Source: Felis catus
Lineage: Eukaryota
Direction of reading: 5' to 3'
Length of the DNA: 64,000 nt
Assembly (NCBI RefSeq): GCF_018350175.1
Contig: NC_058368.1
Coordinates: forward strand, 225,186,001 to 225,250,000
Part shown: positions 1 through 13,441 of the stretch, piece by piece
Layout: every line of letters starts with the position of its first letter
Numbering within the stretch: position 1 is the stretch's first letter
Notes under the pieces: model-generated
The model's input: only the letters and a program-made list of their open reading frames with translations
Told to the model about the DNA's origin: nothing
Database searches by the model: none
Position numbers and translations under genes: made by a program

Positions 1-232
1 TTATACTTTCTTGGTTCGGTCCAAGCTGATAACCACCTACTTCTTGTGCTATCCATTCCAGCCTTCTTTAAGTCATCATCTCAATTAAATATGAATGTAA
101 TTCATATCATGTTCTTTCATTCATATTCTAAATTTTGAAGTTTCTCTAGCGGAGAAGAAGGCTGCACCATAATCATTCTCAAGAAAGCACACTCAGAGGG
201 CTCTGGCCACCATTCATCTAAATAAATGTCTA

Positions 233-435
233 GGGGCGCCTGGGAGGCTCAGTCAGTTGAGCGTCCGACTCTTGATTTTGGCTCCGGTCATGATCTCATG
301 ATTGGTGAGTTTGAGCCCTGCATTGGGCTCCCTGTTGACAGCTCAGACACTGTTTGGGATTTTCTGTCTCCCTCTCTCTGCTCCTCCCCTGCGTATGCTC
401 TCTCTCTGTGTCTCGAAATAAATGTAAAAAAAAAT
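233..435 (+). mobile_element. CanSINE (SINEC)
   Basis: ggggcgcctggg head, CT-rich tract, A tail; TSD taaataaatgtcta 219-232 / 436-449. Confidence 0.95.
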
Positions 436-879
436 TAAATAAATGTCTAAACCTTCAACTTATGTAAGGCTCAGATTGTACCCTATGATTTTGTACTTGA
501 TTCCATACATTCTCATATCTTACTCCATAGTTTTTCTTAAATAAAAACTTCCATTCTCCGATTAAATTGTAAGTTCCTGGAGGCAAGCCTTATAGTTTTT
601 TCTTTTATCTCTGGTATTGGCAATGTCGGGTATTTTGTCCGTACCCAGAAAACAAATATGGATTCATTTTCCTCAAAAGAGATCAAAGAAAGGATATTCT
701 CCACATCCCTTCAGTACAGAAGGACAATGATTTGGTCACAGTCATAAATTATATTGTCCCATGTGTCAAACTGTCATAAACCACCTTAAACTATAGTAAT
801 TTCTATAGTAATTACTATAGTGATTAGTAAAACATAGTCAACGTTTGCTTATGTTTTATCTGTTATTTTCCACCAGACA

Positions 880-1035
880 CAGAGTTATGATGTGATCTCA
901 GCGATCAGTCTCTTGCTATGTTTTCTCCCCCCGCCTCCCAGAGGAAATTGCTCTGTATGTAGCAACAGATTCAGCGTGTCTATGGGACGCGGTGAGTTCC
1001 GGATCCTTCCACTTAGCCATCTTAAGCCAGAACCC
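880..1035 (-). mobile_element. Old L1 5'UTR fragment
   Basis: gtgtctatgggacgcggtgagttccggatccttcc..gccatctt resembles the reverse complement of L1 5' ends. Confidence 0.5.
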
Positions 1036-2145
1036 TTTGGTCCCTTATCATCATTAAAGGAATTATTTTCTGAATGTACAGTCGATTCTAATATATAGTT
1101 AATTCAATCCAACTGATTTGGACAAAAAAAGTAAGAAATATTTTAAGAAAGAAAGAATCAAGAAAGAACAAAAATGTACTGGCGTGAACCAGATACCCTC
1201 TGAAAATTTTGAAGTAAACGGTCACGGGATCATCTTTCACCCACCAACGAAAGACCAGCTAACTTAAGAGGTAGAAGATAAGGTCTGGGAATTTGGAATC
1301 ACCAACAATTCTACCCTGTATAAAAAGCAGAGAGAGAGAAAGGAGGCTTATATCAGAAAGCACCTTCCAGCACCTCGTATAGGATTGATTCCAACCGGAA
1401 TTGATCTGTCGATATCTTTTTATTACTAATAAAATCCTCGATAAGCTACTAATTTGGAACCGGGGGAGTAAGCAGGTAAGGAACTGAGAAGTAAAGTTTT
1501 TATTTTTAGATTCCGGAGAATATTAGGATCGGGTTTTTAGATGAGGTGTCCACGCTTCGTTTCTTTGGTTAAGCCACAGCCAGGCTGCTCTTTCAACACT
1601 GATGCATGTCTGTGGCTCTGACTTGGCTGTCCTAAGCAAATTAGGTAGTCCTTATTATGATAAATGACATTATTCAGCATTGTTAGCTGCTAACAACAGC
1701 AAATTGGCTATTAAAGCAGAAAAGGGATTTAGTCAAGGATAATAGGTAGCTCTCAGAATCTTCAGCGGAGTCAGAGAATAGGTTTATGGCCTGGCTGTGT
1801 GACCAAGGCACATAACTTAAGTTACACCACCCAATGGCCCAAAAGCCGCTGACATTTTCCCAAGGCCAAGGCCCTGACCCAGCAGCTCCTACCTGTGAGA
1901 CCAGCCACACTCTCCGCCCTAGCTCCCTCAGTGGCCAGCATGAAAACCACCTGCAAACCCCCTGCTTCTTGTGGTTATTCTCTCTAAATCCAAGTCTAGC
2001 CCAAGGGCATCTCCTGTGTGTCGTCTGGGTCACATGTTTTTGCTAATTAAGCAAAGGATATGGTCATGCCAGACCATTCTGGACCCAAAGGAAAAAGTAA
2101 AAATCTATAATGCTGATCTCGTCTTTATTTGAAACGGTCCGGTAT

Positions 2146-2350
2146 ATAAGAGACTCATAAATGCGGAGAACAAACTGAGGGTTCCTGGAGGGGTTGTGTG
2201 TGGGGGTGGGGGGCGGGGGGGGGGGGGGAATGGGCTAACTGAGGAAGGGGCACTAAGGAATCTACTCCCGAAATCATTGTTGCACGATACGCTAACGAAT
2301 GCGGATGTGAATTTTTAAAAATAAACACAAAATTAAAAAAAACAACAACT
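2146..2350 (+). mobile_element. 5'-truncated carnivore L1 3' end
   Basis: aagagactc..agaacaaactgagggtt..G-tract..aaggaatctactcc.gaaatcattgttgcac then A-rich tail; degenerate TSD 2131-2145 / 2351-2365. Confidence 0.85.
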
Positions 2351-2425
2351 AAAGCAGTCTAGTATCGATTTTTGAAATTGCAATTTTTTTTTTTTTTTTA
2401 ATATTGTACCAAAACGTTATCTTGA

Positions 2426-2831
2426 GGCTTTCTCGGCCTTAGCGCCATCTTCTTGGAAACGGAGAGCCGAGCGGAGGGAGAAGCGAATGCGCAGGCCGGG
2501 GCATAAAAGAAGAGGGGGCAGAGGTCCAAGGGAACCACTAGCTCGTGCACCTGTGGAGCCACAGGAACAGAAATAAGGAAAGCCAGAGGCCAGGGACACT
2601 GGTACCAATTGTTGAACTTCCGGCCTACCTTCTAGAACTTCATTCAGTGGATCTAGAACATCCATTGCCATCTGATCACAACGACCACCTTTGAGAGACC
2701 AAAACAGTCCCTTTCGGTCCTTGGCTCTGGACTTGTGACTTTCGGGACTAACTGGATTTTCATTTGTGGCTGAATGCAACACGTGTACGATAAACCTTCT
2801 CCTTCGCCGTCTTAGCTGAAAATAAATAAAT
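2426..2831 (+). pseudogene. RPL41: RPL41 (eL41) processed pseudogene
   Basis: Colinear with recalled RPL41 mRNA: 5'UTR ctttctcggccttagcgccat, decayed CDS agagccgagcggagggagaagcgaatgcgcagg...cagaggtccaag (RAKWRKKRMRR...QRSK-like, ATG and stop lost), 3'UTR through ttagctgaa. Intronless with an A-rich tail and TSDs aaaacgttatcttga (2411-2425) / aaaatgctaccttga (2832-2846). Confidence 0.92.
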
Positions 2832-2961
2832 AAAATGCTACCTTGATAGCTGGTTTTTCTTTTTAGTGGTCCCTTAACTTTTTCCCCTCAGGCGAGTGCC
2901 TCACTCTCCTCACCTTGGAAAGTGAGCTTCTGGATAAAAGTCCAGCTTCTGAACTGAAAGG

Positions 2962-3482
2962 TGACACCGAACAAAGACGGATGGCCCCCAACGATGTCCA
3001 GGCTCTAATCCTCAGAACCTGAGAACGGGTCGCCCGACGTGGCCAAAGGGACTTTGCAGATGTGACTAAGATCTCGAGATGGGAAAATTACCCTGGACTA
3101 TTTAGGCAGGCCTTATCTAATCAGAAGAATCTTTATGGCAGGGAAGCTTGAGGGTCAGAGCAAGAAAGAAGGGGACGTAATTAAAAAAAAAAAAAAGCAA
3201 AGGGACAGAGAGAAACATTTGGGCACTCTATGCGGCTGGCTTTCAAGTTGGAGCATGACACCTCAAGCTAAAGAACAAAGGAAGCTTCTAGAAGTTACAA
3301 AAGGCAAGGAAACAGACTCTAGAGACTCGAGAAGGAATGCACCCTCGCTGCCACCTTGATTTCATCTCAGAGACTGATCTTGGATTTCAGACCTCCAGAA
3401 CTATAAGTTAATAGAGTTGTGTATTTCAAGCCATCGAATTTGTGGTGATTTTTTTTAATAACAACAATAAAAAACGAATACA
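2962..3482 (+). mobile_element. MaLR solo LTR (MLT1D-like)
   Basis: ggccaaagggactttgcagatgtga..gagatggg..ctccagaactataag..aagcca..aataca end. Confidence 0.8.
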
Positions 3483-4897
3483 GGTGGGGAATTCTTCAGG
3501 TACTAGAAGAGTACGCAGAACTGAAGATTTTTCTTTTTCAACCTATGCTTTCATCTTTTTATTCAAACTCCAATCCTGATATACTGCTGTGGTTCTCCTA
3601 GTCAGGCTACAGACAAACAGGATTTGTCAAGTGAAATGGTGAGTTTTCTGCTTGGCTTCTGAGCACCAAGCACCTTGAATCATCTTCTGCATATATGGTC
3701 CATTTCCCTGGGTTGATTTTCAGTTGCTGGAGAGGGGAGGTTTTGTCTCAACTGTTTTCCAAATATTCAGGACCAAAACACAGAATCCGAGCCTCAGTTT
3801 CCTCCCAAGACAAACAACGGCAACAAAATGGCAGAGCGGGCTTTCTACGGCTTTCTACTAGAAAACGATGGCTTTGTGTCCCTATTAAAAATGGAACAAC
3901 AAAACCAACTCTAACTGCTCGTCTAGTATTTTGTTTACCATGAGAAACTGAAACATTTTAATACTATAAAAGATAATTGTCCTGTTCCTTAGGAAAAAAC
4001 GTCGCATTCTTCACCCCAGGATACATAGAGTTCACTGTGCTTTCGGCAACTAACCGAAGGCTACATTCCTGCGTTTGAAAGAAAAAGACGGTGTCTAATG
4101 TAAATACAGATCATATTCCAACAAATGGTCTCATGTAAATACAGACCATATTCCAACAGTTCATTTGTTGGTCCCTCACTTGGAATTCACGTTATCGTAG
4201 TAACAATATGATGGGTAACATGTAACAATTATTGCAATCTCCTTCTAACGACGCAGAGAGAGTTTGATCTTTGTAGGAGTTGGTGCATGGGTTCCATCTC
4301 AGTGAAGGAGAGGGTTTGTCCAGAAGATAATCGCCAGAGCACCTAGCATGATGCGGGGTAAAGAAGGAAACAGTTTTCGTGATTAAGCAGGCCGAGGGAG
4401 GTCAAGCCAGGTGCAGGGCTGTGTGAGGGAAAGCCTCTCTGAATGTAGAGATAAGAATGGACACAGGAAAGGAAAATAGCTTCTGGGGACAAAATTTTAA
4501 TTAAGATGAATATAGTTCACTAACGCCTTGGGTGTGGGTGGGTTATCCGGGGGAGCGTGGAAGAGGAGGAGAGCAGGTTTTCCATGGTGCATCGAACCTG
4601 GGAAAGGCAAAAGCAGAGATGTGGAGATCCCTACACCCCAGGTCACATTCTTCTATAACCATCTTCAGTAGGAAGAAGTGAGAGCCTAGTTCTGGGCTCC
4701 AGATCGCACCGGAAGTCACTTCTCATCCATGAGGCCTCAGCTCGCAGACATAACGTGGTTAACTAATCTCAAGTTATTCCTTTGTTTCTATGGTCTCAGG
4801 TAAAGACCCTCATCTGGGAGGCGGGTGGGGAATACACCTAAACCAGCGTCACTCTATGAGAAAAGACTCTTAAAGACACGTGCGCGCGTGTGCGTAG

Positions 4898-4926
4898 ACA
4901 CACACACACACACACACACACACACA
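4898..4926 (+). repeat. (CA)n microsatellite
   Basis: Direct read. Confidence 0.95.
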
Positions 4927-5239
4927 GCATCTTTTCAATGTATGATTTTGAACTGTTTGTCCTGGGGCACAACTCCGTAGAACACAACCCCAGAGATCAA
5001 AAAGCTAATCGTGGCCCCCGATGTCGTACAGGGGTGGCCCTGAAGAGCTATTTATTTTGTCTTGAGGAAATAGCCATATTGTGGGGGAAAGTGGCAAGTA
5101 AACAAAAACTTGAAAATGATTACAGCCCCAGTCAGTCCTCAGTCAGGAAAATACAGGGCTGCAAGGCTCCCGGGGGGCTGGACTGTGTCTTGAGACGTAA
5201 GTGTTCTCACGCCCCCCCCCCCACTACGCCCGTCGCAAC

Positions 5240-6264
5240 CCAATTCACCAACAGATCTTGTTGATTTCACCTTCCAACCTTACCCCAATTGCATCGACTT
5301 CTCTTCTCCACTACACTGCCAAATCCAAGCCATCATCATCTGACACCTAGACCAGTGACTTCCAAACTTTTGGATCATACCTGCATCAATAAAATAGTTT
5401 CGAACACATACACACCCATTATGTACGTTGATTTATTTATAAATAATATTCGTATGGAGGCATTCGTATATTATGCATTATATAATATAGAAATAGAAGG
5501 TTTTAAAGAAAAAAATTGCAATATATGCACACACACACATATATGCACACACACATCTAATATTTTCTTTCTCCAATCGAAGAGGTTATTATCCTGTAGG
5601 CTCTCTGGGCTACGTGAGCTGTGCCTTGAAGCCACTGGCCTAGCTTACTATGATTCCCTCATAATTGATTTCCTGACTTCTATGCTTGCTTCCTACAATC
5701 CAGCTCCTACAGAAAAATTAAATTCAGTCATGCCACTCCTCTCCTTAAAACTTTCCAATGGCTTTTCCTTGTACTTAAAACCTAAATTTCTTCCCCTGAC
5801 CTACCTACACAACAGTCCATGATCTAGACCCTTGTTCTAAGGTCTTCTCTGAACTTCTCTACATGATCTTTTGTCACATAGACCTGTTTTCATCCCCCCA
5901 ACATGCCCAGCCCATGCCCACCTTGGGCCCTTTGAATCAATTCTTCTCTCTGCCTAGAATGCTGTCTTCTAGGTTTTCACAAGCCAGACTTTTTTCTATT
6001 CATGCGGACCTCACATAAGTGGCCCCTCTTAAAAATGACTGTCTCTAGCACCCTCAAGAAAGAAGTTGATGGTGGTCACTACTCAGCCCTTTATCCTGAA
6101 GCAATTCTCAGCCTGGCACTTGCTTGCTACATGACGCCCATCTGTGGGTGTAAGTTCATACGTGTTTGTTTGTGTATCGCCAAATACGAGTAGAGAGCTT
6201 AGCCGTTGCATTGACTGTGGTGTTTGACTCATAGTAAGCCCTCAGTAAATATTTGCTGAATAAA
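5240..6264 (+). mobile_element. L2 3' fragment (interrupted by a hAT MER)
   Basis: ccaagccatcatcatct..catgccactcctctccttaaaactttccaatggc..ctcagtaaatatttgctgaataaa. Confidence 0.75.
5353..5637 (+). mobile_element. hAT-Charlie MITE (MER112-like) inside L2
   Basis: Termini CAGTG..CACTG; flanks acctagac / gcctagct resemble an 8-bp hAT TSD; AT-rich core. Confidence 0.7.
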
Positions 6265-9018
6265 TTGACAAGGTAATTCATTAATAGAAATTTGGTGGAT
6301 TCTTGATTTGCAGTCAGTTGAATCATGCAGAGTACGGTTTCATTAAAACTACTTTTTACTTATGTTGGAATTCCTTCTTGCAAGCAACCTATGAGAAAGA
6401 AAAAAAAAAGTAGGTGGCTTTATAGAAATAGCCTGACAAGAGCTCAGATTTCTCTGAGACACCTACGAGCAAAGGAGTGTGAAGCTAACAAGAGAATCAC
6501 AGATTTCCAAAAATAAACATTCCTTTAAAAATAGGCAACCCGCCATGCTTTGTAACGGGAGCTCTAAAACCCCATTACTGAGCCCTTTCTAGGAAACCTT
6601 AGTGATCTGCCTATTATTCAACAGTCTCTAATTGGCCATGTTCTTAAAGGGCCTTAAATAAATAACAGGTCTTATCTGATCTGAATTGTATCCAAACGTT
6701 GTCATTTGAAGGAGATAACACTCTAGTGAAAGATATCACATTGGGAAAAGAATGTTGAACTATTCTCTGCTACTCAACAAGAGATTTGAGAGAAAAAAGT
6801 TAACTCATATGTGCCTGTTAAAAAGCATTAAATTTTCAGAGAAGTAGCTTCATAGAATGCTAATACCCACACGGTTAAAATAAACGGTCAAAGCCATAAA
6901 TATTCCGAGAGCATCCAATGTCTGACTCTGCTATTATTTTTCAGACAGAATTCCCATTCAAAAACACGAATTGTGCATGGTACGAAGTAAAAGAGAAAAC
7001 GTACCACATAATCAGCTCTAGGCAAAATTGTGTATAGGCAGAATGTGAGATCCATTTCCCGAACTTAATTTACACACAGAAACACACATGCAAATGCACC
7101 TGCCTCATCCAATAATAACAATAAAAAAATTGGGGTAACTGTTTGATAGCATTTATTAGCATTTTGATATGAATTCACGTCAGTGTCCTAACTCTTCCAG
7201 AAATACTTGTGTCTGTCTCTTTTTGTAAAGTTACAAGAAATGATTTTGTCTCTCTGACGAAAGCATTTTGATATTGAACACGGGGCTGAGGAAGTCGTTT
7301 GGGACTTAGAACCCCATCTCTTTCCTTAAAACCACACCCCCGAGTAGCCATTTACTTGTTCTAAGTGTGGCATTTCGGATAGACAGCTCTACTCAACCGG
7401 AAGAGTTTTGCCCTCATCATCCAGTTGGATGGAGCCATTGACAAAAACAGACTCGGGAACTTCCAGCCATCCTCCCGAAACACAAACACACCCACACCCT
7501 CACCAACCTTCTTTTGACTAACAGCTCAGATAATGCTGCCGAATCGAGTATCAATTTCTTAATTATTCGCTCTGACTATGCTTCCGTGAAAACAAAGACA
7601 TTTTCATCCCCCTTGCTTTCTCACATTTTCCTTCAAAAGAAAGATCCTGTCAGAAACTATTATGACTTGTTAGAAATCCAGTGCCTTTTAGCAAGCTAGG
7701 TGCTACTCAGAGCACAGCCTAGGAAAAGCTTCTTATGCAAGGAACTGGCATCTTAAAGAAGCAGCCTTGACGGAACAGAGTAGATAAGAAAAGAAACAGA
7801 ATGTCGAAATAGCATGGAAATGATGCATAGCCTGCCTCACACAATCTACTAGCTCCCCCCTACTCCCACTGCCTTCCTGTTGCACAGAACTGCGTGCAGC
7901 CAAGGTCTACAAATGGGCTATTACAGGCCTACCAAGGAGCTTCTGTCTTTAGCAGGGGAATCTGCTTGTTATTTTTGTGTTTGTAATTTCAGCACCCACC
8001 CCAGTGCCTGCTGCAGTGGCAATGGCTGAGGGTTGGACAATGATGAGGGATGGACAAAGGAACGGATGGAAGCTGATTGGTCCAGGAATCTGGCTGAGCC
8101 AATCAGAGCCTAATCCTGAAATTTTAGAATTTGAAACTGCATACCATTGTTACTTTCTTGTTACTTTCTACATAGCACAGCTGCAAGATGTAGACCAAGA
8201 GCTTCCAGGGACCTGTGTGGTCACCGTGCGGAAGAAGCCAGTCTGAGTGAATGAAGCCAATGCAGGGAGTAACTGAAATGAGAAATGGGAAGAAAGAGCC
8301 CTGGTGGGTTTGTGTCCCACCTGTGTCCACACCCCTGCCTTCCTGTAGCTGTGCAAGCCTTCCAGGGAATCCCTCTTTCTTCCTAAGGTTATGGTTGAAT
8401 TCAACACCTATAGTTTGCCATCAGGATTCTAAAAACCCTAGCGAGTGTCATTTGCTGACAGGACAGGGGCTAAAGACCTTCAAGGCTATTCTTTGAAAGA
8501 TTTTCTGGAATTCACATTTTCTACTCTCTAGCATCCGACACACTCCAAAACCCACTAACTTCATATCTCTTCAGCACCTCTCTCCCATTCTCTTAAACTC
8601 CATTTAAGCCTCTTGTCATCCGTGAAACTTTGACCAATATTCTAGCCCACACTGGTCTTTCCACTCTCTGAAAGTCTCTAGTATTTAGAATTTAAACCAC
8701 AGAATTTAATTCATGGTTATATATTGTATTATTGACTTTTCCCCCAAAAAGCTCTTGCCTTCTCCAAAGACCAGTAAGATACAGTTCTTTTGGTCAACAG
8801 TTTCCAAATCCAACCACATGTTAAAATCACCTAGGGCGCTTTTTGAAAGGCTTCTAAAAAGAAATGCAGATTTTAGTCCTCATGTTGGATTTATTGACTA
8901 AGATAAATGGGGAGTGAAGTCCGGGAGAATATCAAGTTAACAAGCTCCCCAGATGATTGTTACATAACTAAGCTTGTACAGCTCCACAGAATCATGCTGG
9001 GAACATGCTCAAGAAGGA

Positions 9019-9160
9019 TATATATATAACTATATATATAACTATATATATAACTATATATAACTATATATATAACTATATATATATAGTTATGAATATA
9101 TATGAATATATATATATTCATTATATATATATAATATATATATATTATATATATATATAT
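9019..9160. repeat. TA-rich tandem repeat, partly (TATATATAAC)n
   Basis: Direct read. Confidence 0.9.
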
Positions 9161-10629
9161 AATGAACAGAATCTTCTAATCTGTCCCATTGATCTTGCTT
9201 GGAAGTAATGGTAGATGCTACAGAAACAGGAACACAGATAACATAAATCTAAGCAACTGGAACTCTGACATAGTCATTCCTTACATAGTTAGAATTAAAT
9301 TCTTTACGCGTGCAGGGTAAAGGGATGGATAAACATGTAATCAAATAAGCACAGTAAAATGTTAATGGATAATCTAGGTGTGGACATACAGATAGTTACT
9401 TTCAAATTTATGTTAAACATTTTTCATAATACAATGTTGACAAATGAAAAAAAAAATGTCTACCTGTCCAGAAACATCTGACCCACCCAGATTTAGTTTC
9501 CCTGGATTATATTCCTCTTCCTTCCTTTATTACTCTAATTCTTAATTATGGTCACACATAACAAAAAAAAAATCTTAAAAGAAGAAGCATTTGTCATCAA
9601 GAATATGTCTCTTGGATGTGAGCTTAGCTGCTTACTTTATGAAGAAAATATTTTAATCCTACAAAGCATCAGCGTTGACACTGGGGCCATATATGCTGCT
9701 TTAGACTCTTTTTATGACAATCTACATAAAGTAATTCCACATAAAGGTGAAAAATGTTTAAGTATTTTGAAGAGTTCAATAAAAGATGACAAAGTAAAGA
9801 ATATATGAATTATTCAAGTTGTTCAGTACTATTTTAGTATTAACGTCCCCCAAAAGTGATAAACTATGACAACAGTAGATACATTTCGATAGATAATTAA
9901 ATTTAATAGGATATAAGTACTTACAAATTGATCCAAGACTGAATATTTTCCATTGCCAGGTCAATAAGTATCTCCCATGGGCCAAAAAAGGCCAGTGCCA
10001 AGAATGAGCCATCTATCGACACGGATAACTATTATATGATATCAGATAAGTACTGTATAATATCTGATTCGCTTGGAGTGCTGTTTAAAAACCAGCGAGA
10101 GAAGATGTGAAGGGGTTCTCTGGAGAGTCTCCCATATGCCTGTGGATTTATACTGTCTTGATTATATTTATGGGTCATATTAATGACCACATTCTGACCA
10201 TAGCGAGGAACCAAATATGTATTCCCAACTGAAATGTTAGTGATCGTATTTTTCAACCTCACTTACAAGGTGGTTCGAACAAAAATGTACATATGCCTGC
10301 TAGTTTCCACCCTAGAATGACTCTAACACACCGTTTCCTCACTAAATAATCACCAATGGTGTACTTTCCCGCCAACGACCTAAGTTATTTGCTGTTCCAT
10401 AAACACATCTCGCACTTTCTGGTCCCCATGCGTTTAATTTTATTGCCCCTCCCTACCTGATACTCCCACAATCCTCCCTACCTTCCCCTCCACGAGCACT
10501 TTCTGTACCCATCCAAAGGATTGGTTCCTCCCAGACCTCTTCACTCCAGAGTCACTTCTTCCCCTCCTGGATTTCTCTGATGCATATGCTGTGCCATACT
10601 GGGAACGGATGAAAATCTCTCTCTTACAG

Positions 10630-10870
10630 TTTCTTTTTTTTTCTTCCTTTTTTTTTAATATGTATTTACTTTTGGGACACAGAGAGACAGAGTGCAAGCA
10701 GGGGAGGGGCAGAGAGAGAGGGAGACACGGAATCCGAAGCGGGCTCCAGGCTCCAAGCTCCGAGCTGTCAGCAGAGTCCGATGCGGGGCTCAGGCTCGAA
10801 CGCACGAAGCGTGGGATCATGACCTGGGCCGAAGTCGGACGCTTCACCGACTGAGCCACTCAGACGCCCC
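10630..10870 (-). mobile_element. CanSINE (SINEC_Fc-type)
   Basis: T tail, AG tract, head ends cgcccc; flanking aatctctct repeat. Confidence 0.95.
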
Positions 10871-11084
10871 AATCTCTCTTATATTTTCTAAGTCATCACT
10901 TAGAATTCATTTTTCCGGTTGTTTTGAATCCTTTCGGTGAAGACTTCGATGTTTCCTCGTAAGCCCCACGATGTCAGCACTGAAGGGAAGACAGCAAGGC
11001 ACGCCTGTTGCTTGGTTAGTTATGCGTGTATTCATTTATGGAAGAAGAAATAGAAAAGAGAGAGACGTAAAAAAAATAAAAAGT

Positions 11085-11315
11085 GGGGTGCCTGGGTGGC
11101 TCAGTCGGTTAAGCATCCGACTTCAGCTCAGGTCACGACACGATCTTGCGGTCCGCGAGTTCGAGCCCCGCGTCGGGCTCTGGGCTGATGGCTCGGAGCC
11201 TGGAGCCTGTTTCCGATTCTGTGTCTCCCTCTCTCTCTGCCCCTCCCCCGTTCATGCTCTGTCTCTCTCTGTCTCAAAAATAAATAAACGTTAAAAAAAT
11301 TAAAAAATAAATTAA
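11085..11315 (+). mobile_element. CanSINE (SINEC_Fc-type)
   Basis: ggggtgcctgggtggctcagtcgg head, gagttcgagcc B-box, A tail. Confidence 0.95.
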
Positions 11316-12681
11316 AAAAAATAAAAAGCTAACTTTGATTAAATGTTTACTATCTCCCGGGTCCTTACTCTTCATGCTACCATTTGCAAATTATATCATT
11401 TAATCCTCTCAGTATCTTAGGTTATCCTATACCTTTAACTGTCTTCATTTTACAAAAGGAGTCATGTTCTCTAAGGAAAATCTGCTTCTCTGCACCACTG
11501 AGCTCTCCCCTATCCCATTCACCCCCAGGGTTGACTTCAGCCTTGCCCAGGGTTTCTGTTGAATTCTAACAGTTCTGTCCTACCTGAAAATCTGGTTCAA
11601 CTGAAAATAGTCTTATCAGCCTTGTTTCTAAGCCATGGGGCACACACAAGTAGCTTGTCCTACCTGTTCCCACTGAAAGATCTGTGGCCAGGAACAATAA
11701 AAAATATCAATGTTAATAGGAAGGCAAACAAATTCTCCTTTTAAGAGAAAAAAATGTCAGAGTATATATCATATTTTGCATTAGGCAAAATACTTTGACT
11801 TAACTAAAACCAATTTTCAGGATAAACTCAACTAAAAAAAAAAAAAGCAAGGATTTATTTGATGGACAAATACCTGTGTATTTCCTGCCATAACCGATTC
11901 AAGTGTCAGAAACTCCAATGCAATCGCAAGTTCTGTGAGGAACTTAAACTGTCCTAATCAGCATAATAGTAATCATTAACTATTTCCATCTTAAAACAAA
12001 GCTAGTCTAAGCTCTAGAAAGCCACGCGAGAAAGCAAAAACTCAACTGTAGTCATAAATACACGGCTACGAGAAGAGCCTGTACAAAACTAAGCCGAATT
12101 AAATGAATTGCTCTCTCCAGCTCTCCTTTAGGGGATATCCTAGGACATTCATAACTTATAAGAAAATTAATTACGAAACCAATGCATCCAGGAGTTGCCC
12201 AATATTCACATAAAAATTAACATTAATAATGATACTGTTCCCTTCTACGGCACCTGCCCCTGGCTGTCCCAGTTAATTAAGGCTTACACAGTGGCTTTAG
12301 CCTTGGGCAATACTTTGAATCACATACCCTACCCATGTCCTCCGTGCCCAGAGAGCTGTGCTGACAGTTTTATTTCCCTGATGAACTGAAGTGATGAACC
12401 AAAGAATGCAAAGCAAGCAGTCCTCACCCGGTCCTTTCCCCTATGGTTTGTCCTTCGGTGAAGATGTAACTACTATCTCTTGCTGCCTCAAAAGAAATTA
12501 AGAACCAGAAAGAGGATGATGGCTGACAGGAATACTTGTTGAAGTGACGACTCAAAGAGAAGTTTTGAGAAGAATTTCTGAGCCCAAGTTTGTTTACGCT
12601 TAAATTATGCATTATGTTGTTCCAATGTCAGAGATGGCTTAACTGATTGCAAAGCTGCATAAGAAACGAAGAAAGGAAGGA

Positions 12682-12727
12682 GGAAGGGAAGGGAAGGGAA
12701 GGGAAGGGAAGGGAAGGGAAGGGAAGA
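12682..12727 (+). repeat. (GGAAG)n microsatellite
   Basis: Direct read. Confidence 0.95.
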
Positions 12728-13441
12728 AGGGCCACAGCGCAGAAATTGCTGATGACCCAGATTCTCAGACTTTGTTCTTTCATGGTTGTAGACAGCACAT
12801 CCAGGCAGCAGGCCTCTGAAGCCAAGTCTATCTTTAAAATATAAGAGAAAGGCAGAAAAGATCATGTCTGCAACAGAACCTAAAAATAAAAAAGGGAGTT
12901 AAGGGGGAGAGACGGATCAACCACATACCTAAGAGGACCCAAGTTAGACATGCTGTGTAGACAGGGCGCCAACGAGGCTAGCATGATTTCCAATTCTATT
13001 CGAGAGGATCAAACGATTACCCAGGTAAACTGATCCATAACGGCCTCAGCTAGGTTATCGCCAAGTACCGTGAACTGACTTAAATCAGTCTGACCGCCCA
13101 GCTGTTACCAGGCTCTTTCAGCTAAAGCCACGTAGTACTCGCGATAATCATTAGTGCTATTTTACCAACATTCAAATATCCCCCTCTGGGGCACAAGGTA
13201 GAGTTATGCTTCATGGTACTCACTTGGGGAGTCATGGGACCAACTCTAGACGGTGAGTTACTGGCAGCCTTTTAATAACCAGCATGACGCCTGCCAGGAC
13301 TCTTCCACGAATGTGCCACAAGCGGTGATGTGCCATCGGCCTGGGTTCACTTGCTTTGAAAACAACTCACGGCACCACTGCAAAGTTATTTCCTGCACCC
13401 AGGTTTTCAGAGATTTGAGCAAATAAAGAAAGTGTCGGTTC

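Larger units (their letters stand above)
2105..2915 (+). mobile_element. MER96B-like hAT DNA transposon remnant split by the L1 and RPL41 insertions
   Basis: Fragments tgctgatctcgtctttattt (2111-2130), tttt..aatattg (2366-2410) and cccttaacttt..aggcgagtgcctcactctcctcacc (2870-2914) resemble the recalled MER96B in order. Confidence 0.5.

Noticed and set aside
2417..2782. 121-aa minus-strand ORF
   Set aside because: Antisense of the RPL41 pseudogene; no recognisable protein.
5289..5822. 177-aa ORF
   Set aside because: Spans L2 and MER112-like repeats; a chance ORF.
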